64,000 bases of DNA, taken from positions 11,577 to 75,576 of the IMG/VR virus record IMGVR_UViG_3300043220_000070; one strand, given 5' to 3'. The stretch is from a virus. Its lineage: Duplodnaviria > Caudoviricetes. This document shows, one piece after another, positions 26,900-35,316 of this stretch (position 1 is its first letter; every line of letters begins with the position of its first letter). Under the pieces are notes generated by a model. The model did not search any database. It had not been told where the DNA came from and saw only the letters and a list, made by a program, of their open reading frames with translations. The translations under genes and the position numbers were made by a program.

Positions 26900-27228
26900 C
26901 CTACCCCTCACTCAACGCTCTTGCCGCAGAAATACACCAGACTGCCAAGGAGAAAGGCTGGTGGGAGGATGATTCCCGCAGCTTTGGTGTACAACTCGCC
27001 CTAATGCACAGCGAATTGTCTGAAGCGCTGGAGGCTTGGCGGGAACATCACTCTTGGTTCTACCTCCAGGATGGTAAGCCCGAGGGTATTGGAGTCGAGT
27101 TGGTGGACTGCATAATCCGCATTCTAGACACCCTCCAAGCTAATAGCGTAGACATCGACGTGGTTATACGGGCCAAGATGGATTACAATAAGACAAGGCC
27201 CTGGAAGCACGGAGGTAAAAGAGCATGA
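26896..27228 (+). CDS. MazG-like all-alpha NTP pyrophosphohydrolase
   Basis: LALMHSELSEALEA...VELVDCIIRILD...KMDYNKTRPWKHG. Confidence 0.85.
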   Translation: MTYPSLNALAAEIHQTAKEKGWWEDDSRSFGVQLALMHSELSEALEAWREHHSWFYLQDGKPEGIGVELVDCIIRILDTLQANSVDIDVVIRAKMDYNKTRPWKHGGKRA

Positions 27229-28250
27229 GAGCCGTCGACAGCAGTTACGACTTACTCACATGGGCGGAAGCCCGTTGCCTGAAGGAGAACGGGTGGCCCC
27301 TGTTCGTACAGTGTCTCTTGGCACTCCCCCGCACCGGGCCGGAGCAACCTAGGTATCGCATCGCCAGCCTGCGGAACGCTCAGCAGGAGCACCTATCCAT
27401 TGCGGCGTACATCGTCATAGGCTCCACCCTACCCGGGGCTAAGTATGTCGACCTGGCGCGCGCGGGAGTACCCAACGACCTCTGGGATGCTTTGAAGTTC
27501 GTTGCCGTCGACGTAGAGGTACCGGGAATTCAGGCAGAAGAGATTTGGGGGGCTCTTACGCGCCTGCAAGAGCTTGGCAAAGACTGGGCCATTTCTCACG
27601 AGGACGTTTCCGAAGCCGGTATCTACACGAGCTACAACATCTGGTTGAACTACGTCTCTCCGTCCAACCCTATGGGTTTCTCTGGGGCCGGCGTCTGGCT
27701 TTGGAACGGCTATTGGGACGGAGACCCTGATGTGGACTTTGCCTCTCTACCTTTTGGAGGTTGGACATCCGAACAGGTGGCGTTGGAGCAATGGTCGGGG
27801 GGCACCCACATCTGCGGCCAGTTCGTAGACCGCAACACCATCGTACATCCCGAACTCATAGGCTTAGGAGGAGGTGACCACATGCCAACACCGGAATACA
27901 ACGAGTTGAAGCAACGTCTTGACGACCTACTGGCCGGCGGTGCGGCCGCGGCTGCGCAGCTAGACGAGCGTCTCAAGGGGGTGGAGGACGGTACCCTTGA
28001 GGTACCCATCTGGCCGGTGGGGGAGGTAGCCCTTACAGTGGTGAGGCACCGGGGCTACCACTCCCCGAACCAGATAGAGAAGCTCACGGCCGCTGTGGTG
28101 GAGGCCCGGGGCGCTCTGGAGACGCACATCAAGATGCACAACCAGAGTGGTGGGGCGATAGACCGGGACGCCGGCGCGTTCCTGGGGCGGATGGCCGACA
28201 TTCTAGACGAGTTAGAGCAGGAGGTACGGAACCTTGCGAGCACTCAGTAG
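27225..28250 (+). CDS. Endolysin, GH25-like TIM-barrel muramidase with C-terminal helical extension
   Basis: AVDSSY, AVDVE, IYTS, LWNGYW, PFGGW, EQW, VDRN. Confidence 0.7.
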   Translation: MRAVDSSYDLLTWAEARCLKENGWPLFVQCLLALPRTGPEQPRYRIASLRNAQQEHLSIAAYIVIGSTLPGAKYVDLARAGVPNDLWDALKFVAVDVEVPGIQAEEIWGALTRLQELGKDWAISHEDVSEAGIYTSYNIWLNYVSPSNPMGFSGAGVWLWNGYWDGDPDVDFASLPFGGWTSEQVALEQWSGGTHICGQFVDRNTIVHPELIGLGGGDHMPTPEYNELKQRLDDLLAGGAAAAAQLDERLKGVEDGTLEVPIWPVGEVALTVVRHRGYHSPNQIEKLTAAVVEARGALETHIKMHNQSGGAIDRDAGAFLGRMADILDELEQEVRNLASTQ

Positions 28251-28274
28251 CCACATCGACGAGATTGAACGCTA

Positions 28275-28769
28275 ATGCCCGGCCTGTGTCCAGCCAACTG
28301 TGGTAGCACAGGGGGTTGCCCTCGCTGCAACCCCACCCTCAACGTACCGATTGAGCCCGCTCCTTCCGACAAGGCGGGTAACACGGTGCTTTTTACCCAC
28401 TTCGTAGGCGACGACTGCCCCGGGGGTCACACCCCCAAGAGTGAAGGCCACCCAGGAAGTGCCCGCTTCCACGCCATCCTTCGTGAGTTAGGGGAGCTGC
28501 ACGATAAGAAGCAGCAGGACTACGGCACCGCTGCCGACCCGTTCGCTAATGTCCGGGGAAGTAAGGAGTGGGGGATAGAGCCCTGGATTGGAGCTCTCGT
28601 GCGGGCCACGGACAAGCTGAAGCGACTACAGAAGTTCGCCCGAGAAGGCAGGCTGGCTAATGAACCAGTGTTAGACAGCTTTCGGGACATGGCTGTATAC
28701 ACCATCATCGCCCTCGTTCTCTACGAGGAGACACCAAAGGAGGTACCTAATGACTCAGAAACCGAATAG
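28275..28769 (+). CDS. DUF1599/Nmad1-like helical nucleotide-processing domain with Cys-rich N-terminus
   Basis: LHDKKQQDYG...DPFANV...VRATDKLKRL...DSFRDMAVYTIIAL. Confidence 0.7.
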   Translation: MPGLCPANCGSTGGCPRCNPTLNVPIEPAPSDKAGNTVLFTHFVGDDCPGGHTPKSEGHPGSARFHAILRELGELHDKKQQDYGTAADPFANVRGSKEWGIEPWIGALVRATDKLKRLQKFAREGRLANEPVLDSFRDMAVYTIIALVLYEETPKEVPNDSETE

Positions 28770-29109
28770 CGACCAGTCCGGTCGTGCCACACGCCGGCGC
28801 GAAGAGCAGGAAGTGACGAGGGCGCAAAGAACGGTGGCCCGGGCTCAGGCCCAACCACGACCTGTTGAGGGGGGATTGAATATATCCATCGACGACCTGC
28901 TGCGTAAGATTGGTGTCCTGACGGTGGAGCGGGATGCTATGCAACTACAGATAACACAGCAGCAGACACAGATAACCCAGCAGCAGGCACAGATAGAGCG
29001 CCTACTGGCGACTCTTAACCCTCAGGGGGAAGAGGCGGAGGAGGAGACCCAGGAGGAGCCAAAGGAGGAGCTAACGGAAGAGGCGCCGGAGGCCGAGCCT
29101 CTTGACTAG
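28750..29109 (+). CDS. Coiled-coil protein with acidic tail; last + arm gene
   Basis: SD GGAGGT; QITQQQT/A repeats. Confidence 0.65.
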   Translation: MTQKPNSDQSGRATRRREEQEVTRAQRTVARAQAQPRPVEGGLNISIDDLLRKIGVLTVERDAMQLQITQQQTQITQQQAQIERLLATLNPQGEEAEEETQEEPKEELTEEAPEAEPLD

Positions 29110-29345
29110 AGTACGAACTGCCTGATAACTTCTGCAATGGCGGCGAGGACGGCGAGCACGGCTCCAATGCTCACCGTCCTCTTCACTTCCGAGGTGCGCC
29201 CATGATGATTTTTGGTATGGGTCTGGAGATGATTCAGAACGAGCTGAAGCATGTCGGCGTCGTCGCCATGCCGCTCTTCATGCCGCGCGGCCCACGCCCG
29301 TAGCTCCTTCATGTCGTTCTCTAGCCGGGTGAGTTGGTCAGCCAC
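29106..29345 (-). CDS. Holin-like (XhlA-type) protein
   Basis: N-terminal coiled coil plus a single C-terminal TM helix. Confidence 0.5.
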   Translation of the reverse strand: MADQLTRLENDMKELRAWAARHEERHGDDADMLQLVLNHLQTHTKNHHGRTSEVKRTVSIGAVLAVLAAIAEVIRQFVL

Positions 29346-29548
29346 TACACTACTTCCTCTATCAACTTATCGACACGCTTCCAGACTTGAGCGCCCTCGA
29401 ACGTACAGAGAGCGGCGAGGAAGGCCGACGGGAGCAGCTTCCAGTATCGTTTCTGTTCGATACCCCATAGAGCCCATTCCGCTGAGGTTGCGGCGAAGAC
29501 AACGCCGGCTAGGGCGGAGAAGCAGCCTCTGACGATTTGTTCCTTCAT
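29345..29548 (-). CDS. Two-TM holin-like protein
   Basis: Two hydrophobic helices; TATAAT 6 nt before ATG. Confidence 0.5.
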   Translation of the reverse strand: MKEQIVRGCFSALAGVVFAATSAEWALWGIEQKRYWKLLPSAFLAALCTFEGAQVWKRVDKLIEEVV

Positions 29549-29709
29549 GGTCTTATTATACTCTATCCTATGGGAGCCACGACAGCACCAACAACATCAC
29601 CCGACCACCGTCCCGAATCCGCGCGGCACGGCGGCTATGGGAGCCGCAGGAGCGCCGAACAGCAGTCTCGCAAATTCATCGTCGAACAGCAGGAAGGCAC
29701 GTCGCCGCT

Positions 29710-30387
29710 TCATGCGCTGGAGTCCCTTCCGATGGGCTGATACCACGTCCGCGTAGAGCCGTCAATCGTCGCCGACACCTTCGCCACGTAGCCGTCGCCA
29801 GCGACAATCCGCTCAGCACCTGTCGCCTCATCCCACTTGTACAGGCCCAGCGCCCCAATCTGCGCCAGCGTTTCGATGCCGTCCCCACCCTGGTCGAGAA
29901 GGTTACTACCGTCGGATGATTTGTAGACACGAATGGTTGGACTTGTGATTCCCGATACGACGGGCTCCGAGTTCTTATAGAAGACCACAAGGTAGCGGTC
30001 GGTGGTACTGTTCTCGTCATCCAAGAGCCACACCTTAGCCTGATAGCTATCCCCCGGGTCGTCCAGGTCAAAGGCGTGCTGGGCGCTGGCGTTACCGTAG
30101 GTATCAACAAGGGCGGATTGGTCTTCCCAGACCTTCGTGGCCGAGTCGATGATGGTAACGACGATGCGAGCGGCCTGCATCTCGGTTGCGGTGAGCGTTA
30201 TTGAGTAGATGCCGTTGCCTTCGTGGACGAAGGCGTTTGACGTGTTGGCGAAGGAGCCCTCGTCCTTGCTGATTTTGGTGTCACCGCTGGCGTGGCTCGC
30301 ACTACCCTCAAAGTCCACTGCGTCCCGTGTGATGAGCGGAAACAGAATTTTGGTCTCTACTCCATACTTCCTCAACTCAGCCATCAT
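29710..30387 (-). CDS. Putative virion/tail-associated beta-sandwich protein
   Basis: Ser/Thr/Asp-rich beta composition; tail module position. Confidence 0.6.
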   Translation of the reverse strand: MMAELRKYGVETKILFPLITRDAVDFEGSASHASGDTKISKDEGSFANTSNAFVHEGNGIYSITLTATEMQAARIVVTIIDSATKVWEDQSALVDTYGNASAQHAFDLDDPGDSYQAKVWLLDDENSTTDRYLVVFYKNSEPVVSGITSPTIRVYKSSDGSNLLDQGGDGIETLAQIGALGLYKWDEATGAERIVAGDGYVAKVSATIDGSTRTWYQPIGRDSSA

Positions 30388-31034
30388 GTTCCTCCACGCT
30401 CAAAGCCTCTTTGAAACCCCCGCAGGAAGCCGCGTCCTGGATGGCGGTGCAACCCAATCGGGTCGCCGCTGTGGTCGACTACCAGCCGCCATCTACCGCC
30501 CCCCGTCGATTCCTTCGAGTGCCAATTGACGTACTTGGTCGTGCCTGGGTCTTCGTCGTCGGCCCTCATAATCAGCGAGACGAGACCACTGCGCAGGCTG
30601 AGAGCATCCGTCACGAAGCTTCCCATGCCGCTAATCTCATGGCGGCCCGTGCTGCTTGTTTCGGTCAGTGTCTTTGGTGTCGGTGTGGTCTCGTCAAGGT
30701 CTCCTCCCTCGCTCGTCCAGGTGTTGGCGCCGTCGTACTTGTTCCAGGTCACGCCGCCCTCCGTCCAGGTCGAGGGGCGAGTGCAACGGTAGATAGTGGC
30801 CGCCCAGCCCCCTCCTTGGACGGAGAATATGTAGCGCACAAGCTTGGCGCTGTTGATGGTTCGACCGGAGAGGGCGGACACGTCGAAGTTCACGATGGCC
30901 CGAAACAGGAGCGTCTTGATTTCACCAGCATAGAACACGCCCCAGTCGCACGTCCCACCGGCTCCGTAGTTCACGTCGGGGTCTTCCATGTTCATCTCGG
31001 AATCAATCTCAGGCGGTGCGGTGTAGATGGACAT
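30384..31034 (-). CDS. DNRLRE/CBM96-like tail-associated protein
   Basis: NYG...RAIVNFDVSALSGRTINSAKL...WTEGGVTWN. Confidence 0.7.
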   Translation of the reverse strand: MSIYTAPPEIDSEMNMEDPDVNYGAGGTCDWGVFYAGEIKTLLFRAIVNFDVSALSGRTINSAKLVRYIFSVQGGGWAATIYRCTRPSTWTEGGVTWNKYDGANTWTSEGGDLDETTPTPKTLTETSSTGRHEISGMGSFVTDALSLRSGLVSLIMRADDEDPGTTKYVNWHSKESTGGGRWRLVVDHSGDPIGLHRHPGRGFLRGFQRGFERGGT

Positions 31035-31475
31035 CTACGTCACCGCCTTCAACTGGGCCAGGAAGTCCCGCAGGTTGCCCGCATAGCGCCACTGTACGGG
31101 CTTACCCGTTGTCGGGTTCCATCCCGACGGCTCGCCGTCCATACCGAAGGTATCCTTGAAGTGGCGCGTGAGCCGCGCGCTCCTAACCTGGCTCATGCCA
31201 ATCTCAAAGCCGTGCTCGATGGCATACTCGACCGCACTGATGATGAGGCCGTGGAACACGTCCCAGCGGCGGGCATCCTTCAGCAGCACCGGCCCTAGGT
31301 AAGCCTCCTCACCCGCCGTGGGCAAAACGCCCACCGTAACACCAATTATCTCACCACCCTCCTCAGCCACCCGAACGCAGGTGTTGGGTGAGTCTAGACC
31401 CCTAGCGTCGCCCAGCAGCGGGAGCACCTTCGGGAGGTCATCGGGCTGGTAGGGCCGGATTCTTGCGGGACTCAT
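31035..31475 (-). CDS. GNAT-fold acetyltransferase-like protein
   Basis: IRPYQPDDLP...VAEEGGEIIG...YLGPVLL...LIISAVEYAIEHG. Confidence 0.6.
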   Translation of the reverse strand: MSPARIRPYQPDDLPKVLPLLGDARGLDSPNTCVRVAEEGGEIIGVTVGVLPTAGEEAYLGPVLLKDARRWDVFHGLIISAVEYAIEHGFEIGMSQVRSARLTRHFKDTFGMDGEPSGWNPTTGKPVQWRYAGNLRDFLAQLKAVT

Positions 31476-33363
31476 GTCTTGTCTACCTCCAATACAACAA
31501 GGCACCTCTCAATCGCCGTCACGCTGTCTACATTGTAGTAGATGATGTCGCCCTTTGCAAGTGCCGTAGTCCAGCTCGTTAGACTCGTGTCCTCATCCTT
31601 GACGCCGCTGGCGGCAATCTCTGGCTCGTTACCCCCTGTGATAGTGTCGTCGTTCGTGGGTGGGTAGTTTGCGTAGCTGTCTACCCACAGGTCAATCTTG
31701 ATTGCGCCGCTTTGGTCTGCGAGTAAGCGCACGGCTTTGATAGTGCAAGCAAATGGTACTGCCAACCAGCCCGCAGTACCTGTGGATATTGTGCTACCTC
31801 CGCCGTCAATCATGAACTCGATGCCCGCCTCATCATCCTCGAACGCCGGCGCACCCGTAGCACTGGTGCCTTTGTATACCTGGCCGTCCGTACCCACGGC
31901 CGTTTCCTGCTCATCACCTGAGCCGTCGGTGTAGAGTACCTTCCAGTCTGCATGACCAGTGTGGGCGGAGATACCGTGATTAGCTACGTCAATACCGTCC
32001 ACCAAGCCGTCTTTCAGGAGCACGCTGTCGATGGTCACACCCACACCGGCCCCTAATTCGTTGATAACGTTAGTCTGTAGACCTGAGGCCGACAGTTGCA
32101 TTCTGACGCTGCCAACCGAGAACATCATTACATCCGACTCAAGAAGAATGTAGTCGAATCCGTCAAAGGCGATTGTTGGCTTTGACGGGCTTGAAACCCC
32201 CAGCCAGAAGTTGGGGAAGTTATCGAAGTCGGGATATAGTGCGTTGTCTTTATGCAGGATGCCATCTACCGTGACGCCAGCGGCGCCCGTGTACTCGTTG
32301 ATGATATCGACCGTGAGTGTTCCCGACAGTGCGGGCGAACCTGAGTATGAGGGGTCGTTGGCGCCCCCGATGAGGACGGTACCCGCGGCCCCCAGAGCCA
32401 GCCTGGAAGCGACTGGTGTGTTATTCCATACAAGAAGGTCGCCCCGGGTCGTACCGATACCCAGCGCGTGTACGTGGTCACCGCGGGGAACGGTGTCGTC
32501 GCTGCCTGCCGCCTCGGACGCAGCAACATTAGCTAGCTCACCCGTACCTGACCGGCCAATCCACTTCAGCCCGGTCGCTTCGCCGCTGTCGGCGATGAGG
32601 ATGGTGTCGTTAGACCCTACACCAAGCTCCGCCGGCGTTGAGGCACCCGAAGCGCCATAGATGCTTCCCTTGGCCGTCAAGGTGGATTTTAGAGTGTAGA
32701 GGGCGTGGTCATCATCCCCCAGCCCCGCGAGGTTACCGTGGTCGGTAACGCCCTGGGACTCCAGGGTGACCGTCGCTCCAGCATTTGTGCGCACGCTGAG
32801 CTCACCAGTAGCGGTGTCGACGAAGAGCCGCCGTACCCCAACCCCAGGCTCCGTGGGGGGGGGGCAATGTCGTCGATGTCGAGGTAGTACGCACCCAGGT
32901 TTTCATTGGCGCCGGGAAGGACGGCCGCGTTGTGCTGGGCTGCCGCGTGTGCTTCGTTGTGTAGCTCTGAGTCCCTAGCAATGGCCGCAGGGATGTCGGC
33001 ATCCACCAACGCACGGAACGTGGGGGTGGCATCACCCCCCGAGGTAGGGCCGGCGAATACCAGGTTGGAGCTCTGGGAGTCTAGGGTGAGCTGCTGCCCT
33101 GAAATACTAAGGAACAGGTCGACATCTGTGTCGAGGGTGACGGAAACGTGCTGGCTTGAGTCGACCTGTACCCACGAGAGACCAGACCACACCCAGGAGT
33201 CTTCATCCTCATTGAGGGCCATATCCCCCGGCTCAACTTGGTTGGCTTCGATAACGTCGGGGTCAGACCCTATGAAGTTCCAGACGAAGACTGACCGGGC
33301 AATCGTCCAGGGAACCGATTCCTGTGTTTCTCGGGGTCTCTGCTGGCCGAAATGGTGAGGCAC
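31472..33363 (-). CDS. Tail fibre protein split by a frameshift at a C10 tract (32855-32864)
   Basis: ORFs 32689..33363 and 31472..32794 join as ...DIDDIAPP/TEPGVGVRRLFVD... if the tract is C8 or C11. Confidence 0.75.
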
Positions 33364-33668
33364 TACGCCTCCGTATTGCCTGGCGTCTTCTTCCTACGGA
33401 TTTTACGGTTCAAATCCCTCATCCGGCGCCGGCGCTTCTTCGTCGTTTCTGGTTCCTCTTCCTCCGCGGGGAAGACCAGTACCTCTTCAGGCACCACAAA
33501 CCGCCGCGGGAACCCCTCAGGCAGCTTATCGCGTAGTTCCTCCCCCGACTCCATCTCCACATCCCGCCCTACTTGGTCGAGAGACTCCCTAACCTGACGG
33601 GGCATCAGTTTCTTGAGTCGTTTTCGGGCCTCCTGGCCCTCGATGTTGATGATAATGATGTCGCCCAT
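33363..33668 (-). CDS. Charged hypothetical protein with its own promoter
   Basis: TTGCTG(33707-33702)-N18-TAGAAT(33683-33678) and SD upstream. Confidence 0.65.
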   Translation of the reverse strand: MGDIIIINIEGQEARKRLKKLMPRQVRESLDQVGRDVEMESGEELRDKLPEGFPRRFVVPEEVLVFPAEEEEPETTKKRRRRMRDLNRKIRRKKTPGNTEA

Positions 33669-33680
33669 GCTACCTCTATT

Positions 33681-33827
33681 CTACTGTATTAGGGAAGGGT
33701 TCAGCAAGTAAGAAGCTGCCTGTGTCAAGGTACCGGGGTCGTGGTCAACAGCCAACTTTCGGCCAGAGGAACATGTCCGCTGGCAAATGGCGACGGCCAC
33801 GTTGTGGATGTATCTTAGCGCAGCCAT
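33681..33827 (-). pseudogene. Internally deleted endonuclease VII-type homing endonuclease remnant (48 aa)
   Basis: MAALRYIHNVAVAICQRTCSSGRKLAVDHD|PGTLTQAASYLLNP; the usual VRGLLC..CN core is missing. Confidence 0.65.
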
Positions 33828-33831
33828 AGGG

Positions 33832-35304
33832 TTAGAACAGCTCTCCCCAGCTTAGGGCAACAACTGCCTCGTGGTTGCTGCCACTTGTTGCTTCAGCAGT
33901 GATGGTGAAGACATCTCCAGGGTGCAGACGTTCCTTGAGCTCATTGAGGAAAATCAATTCCGAATCGGTCTTGCCCAAAAGAACCGTGAGGATGTCCTCC
34001 CCGCCAGTCAAACCGCTTGCTGCTGTATCAACGGATGCTGTCGAGACGGCTGCATCAAAGGCCGAAAAGGCAGGCGTCCCTGTCAGCGTTGGGTTAAGCC
34101 TAATTCTGATGATGATTGGCTTAGCGCCCTCAGTCGCAACCGACAGATACTCGGGACGTATTTGTACTCGGTTGAGTTTCGACTGATGGATGATGTCGTT
34201 CTTGATGGAGAGAATAGGTAGCTCCGTTGTGCCTACTGCTGTACTCTTGCCACTCGCCGCCCTCTGTAGCGGGTATTCTTCAATTCTGCCCTCGACAAAT
34301 CCGGCCATGGAGGAGGTCTTTACCGTAAGGTTTGAAGTGTTTGAAGTATTCTTTGACATGATGTGTAGAGGTAGCGTAGGGTTCTGCAACGAAGGTACCG
34401 TGTTAGCGTTGGCATAGCGAATCTGGTGGACATCAATGAACCTGCCTGTAGTGGGATTCTCGATGGCGAACGTCAAGAGGCCGAATCCTAGCCACTGGTA
34501 TCGAATCTGATACACGTTTCCCTTTGTCGGGTCAAGGGTAGGAAGTGTACCAGTACCGTCGGCTGGGTCTAGGTTCCACGACGCCTGTGCTATCCATTCG
34601 TTTGAGACGGATGCGCCAGCAAGCGTCTCAGCAAGACTGGCCGCAACTCCAGTCGAGTCAGTATCGGCGAAAGACATGGTTCCTGATTTGTCCCCGTCGC
34701 TCCACGACTTCAGGATGACCGTAGCGTTATTGACGTAGGCTGTCCAACCCAGACCTACGTCTGTCCAGTCGGCATTCGCTATCTTCACGGCCACCTCGCG
34801 CGCTGTATCATCCTCCACCACCGCTACTACTCGTGTTTCACCGTCTAGGGTGATAGTAATGTTCCCACTAGTTACAGTCGCCCCGTTAGTCACGGTGATA
34901 GTCTGGATTTCTGGCCCGCCCAGCCGGCGCCGAAGGATGGAGAATGCGGCACCGTTCAAGCCAAAGAACAGTCCATCGCCTACATCACCAATCCCAGCAA
35001 GTTGAACTGAGTTTGCGGCACCAGCAGTGAAGAGGGCTGTGAAGCGCACGAGGGCGCCTTGGCCTGGTTCATACTTCAGAGGCTCAATGGATAGCATGTG
35101 CGCCGCGGAGTTGGCGATGGCACCGCTCTGGATAACAGCCATACCCTGGGATTCCGTCACCGTGCCTAATGCGTTCTCCCGGCTTTCAACCAGGTCGGCG
35201 TTGATGTTATAGGGAAATTGGAGCTGAATAACGGGGGTTGGCTCGGCTACGAGTAGTTCACCAAACGCGGACTTGTAATCCTCTCGTACTGGTTGATATG
35301 TCAT
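33832..35304 (-). CDS. Virion structural/tail protein
   Basis: 490 aa beta-rich ORF in tail module. Confidence 0.7.
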   Translation of the reverse strand: MTYQPVREDYKSAFGELLVAEPTPVIQLQFPYNINADLVESRENALGTVTESQGMAVIQSGAIANSAAHMLSIEPLKYEPGQGALVRFTALFTAGAANSVQLAGIGDVGDGLFFGLNGAAFSILRRRLGGPEIQTITVTNGATVTSGNITITLDGETRVVAVVEDDTAREVAVKIANADWTDVGLGWTAYVNNATVILKSWSDGDKSGTMSFADTDSTGVAASLAETLAGASVSNEWIAQASWNLDPADGTGTLPTLDPTKGNVYQIRYQWLGFGLLTFAIENPTTGRFIDVHQIRYANANTVPSLQNPTLPLHIMSKNTSNTSNLTVKTSSMAGFVEGRIEEYPLQRAASGKSTAVGTTELPILSIKNDIIHQSKLNRVQIRPEYLSVATEGAKPIIIRIRLNPTLTGTPAFSAFDAAVSTASVDTAASGLTGGEDILTVLLGKTDSELIFLNELKERLHPGDVFTITAEATSGSNHEAVVALSWGELF

Positions 35305-35316
35305 CTAAGCCCCTTT

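Noticed and set aside
24705-28769. Z-base or 7-deazaguanine DNA modification pathway
   Set aside because: No PurZ, DatZ, DpdA, FolE or QueC/D/E-like ORFs are recognisable in the window
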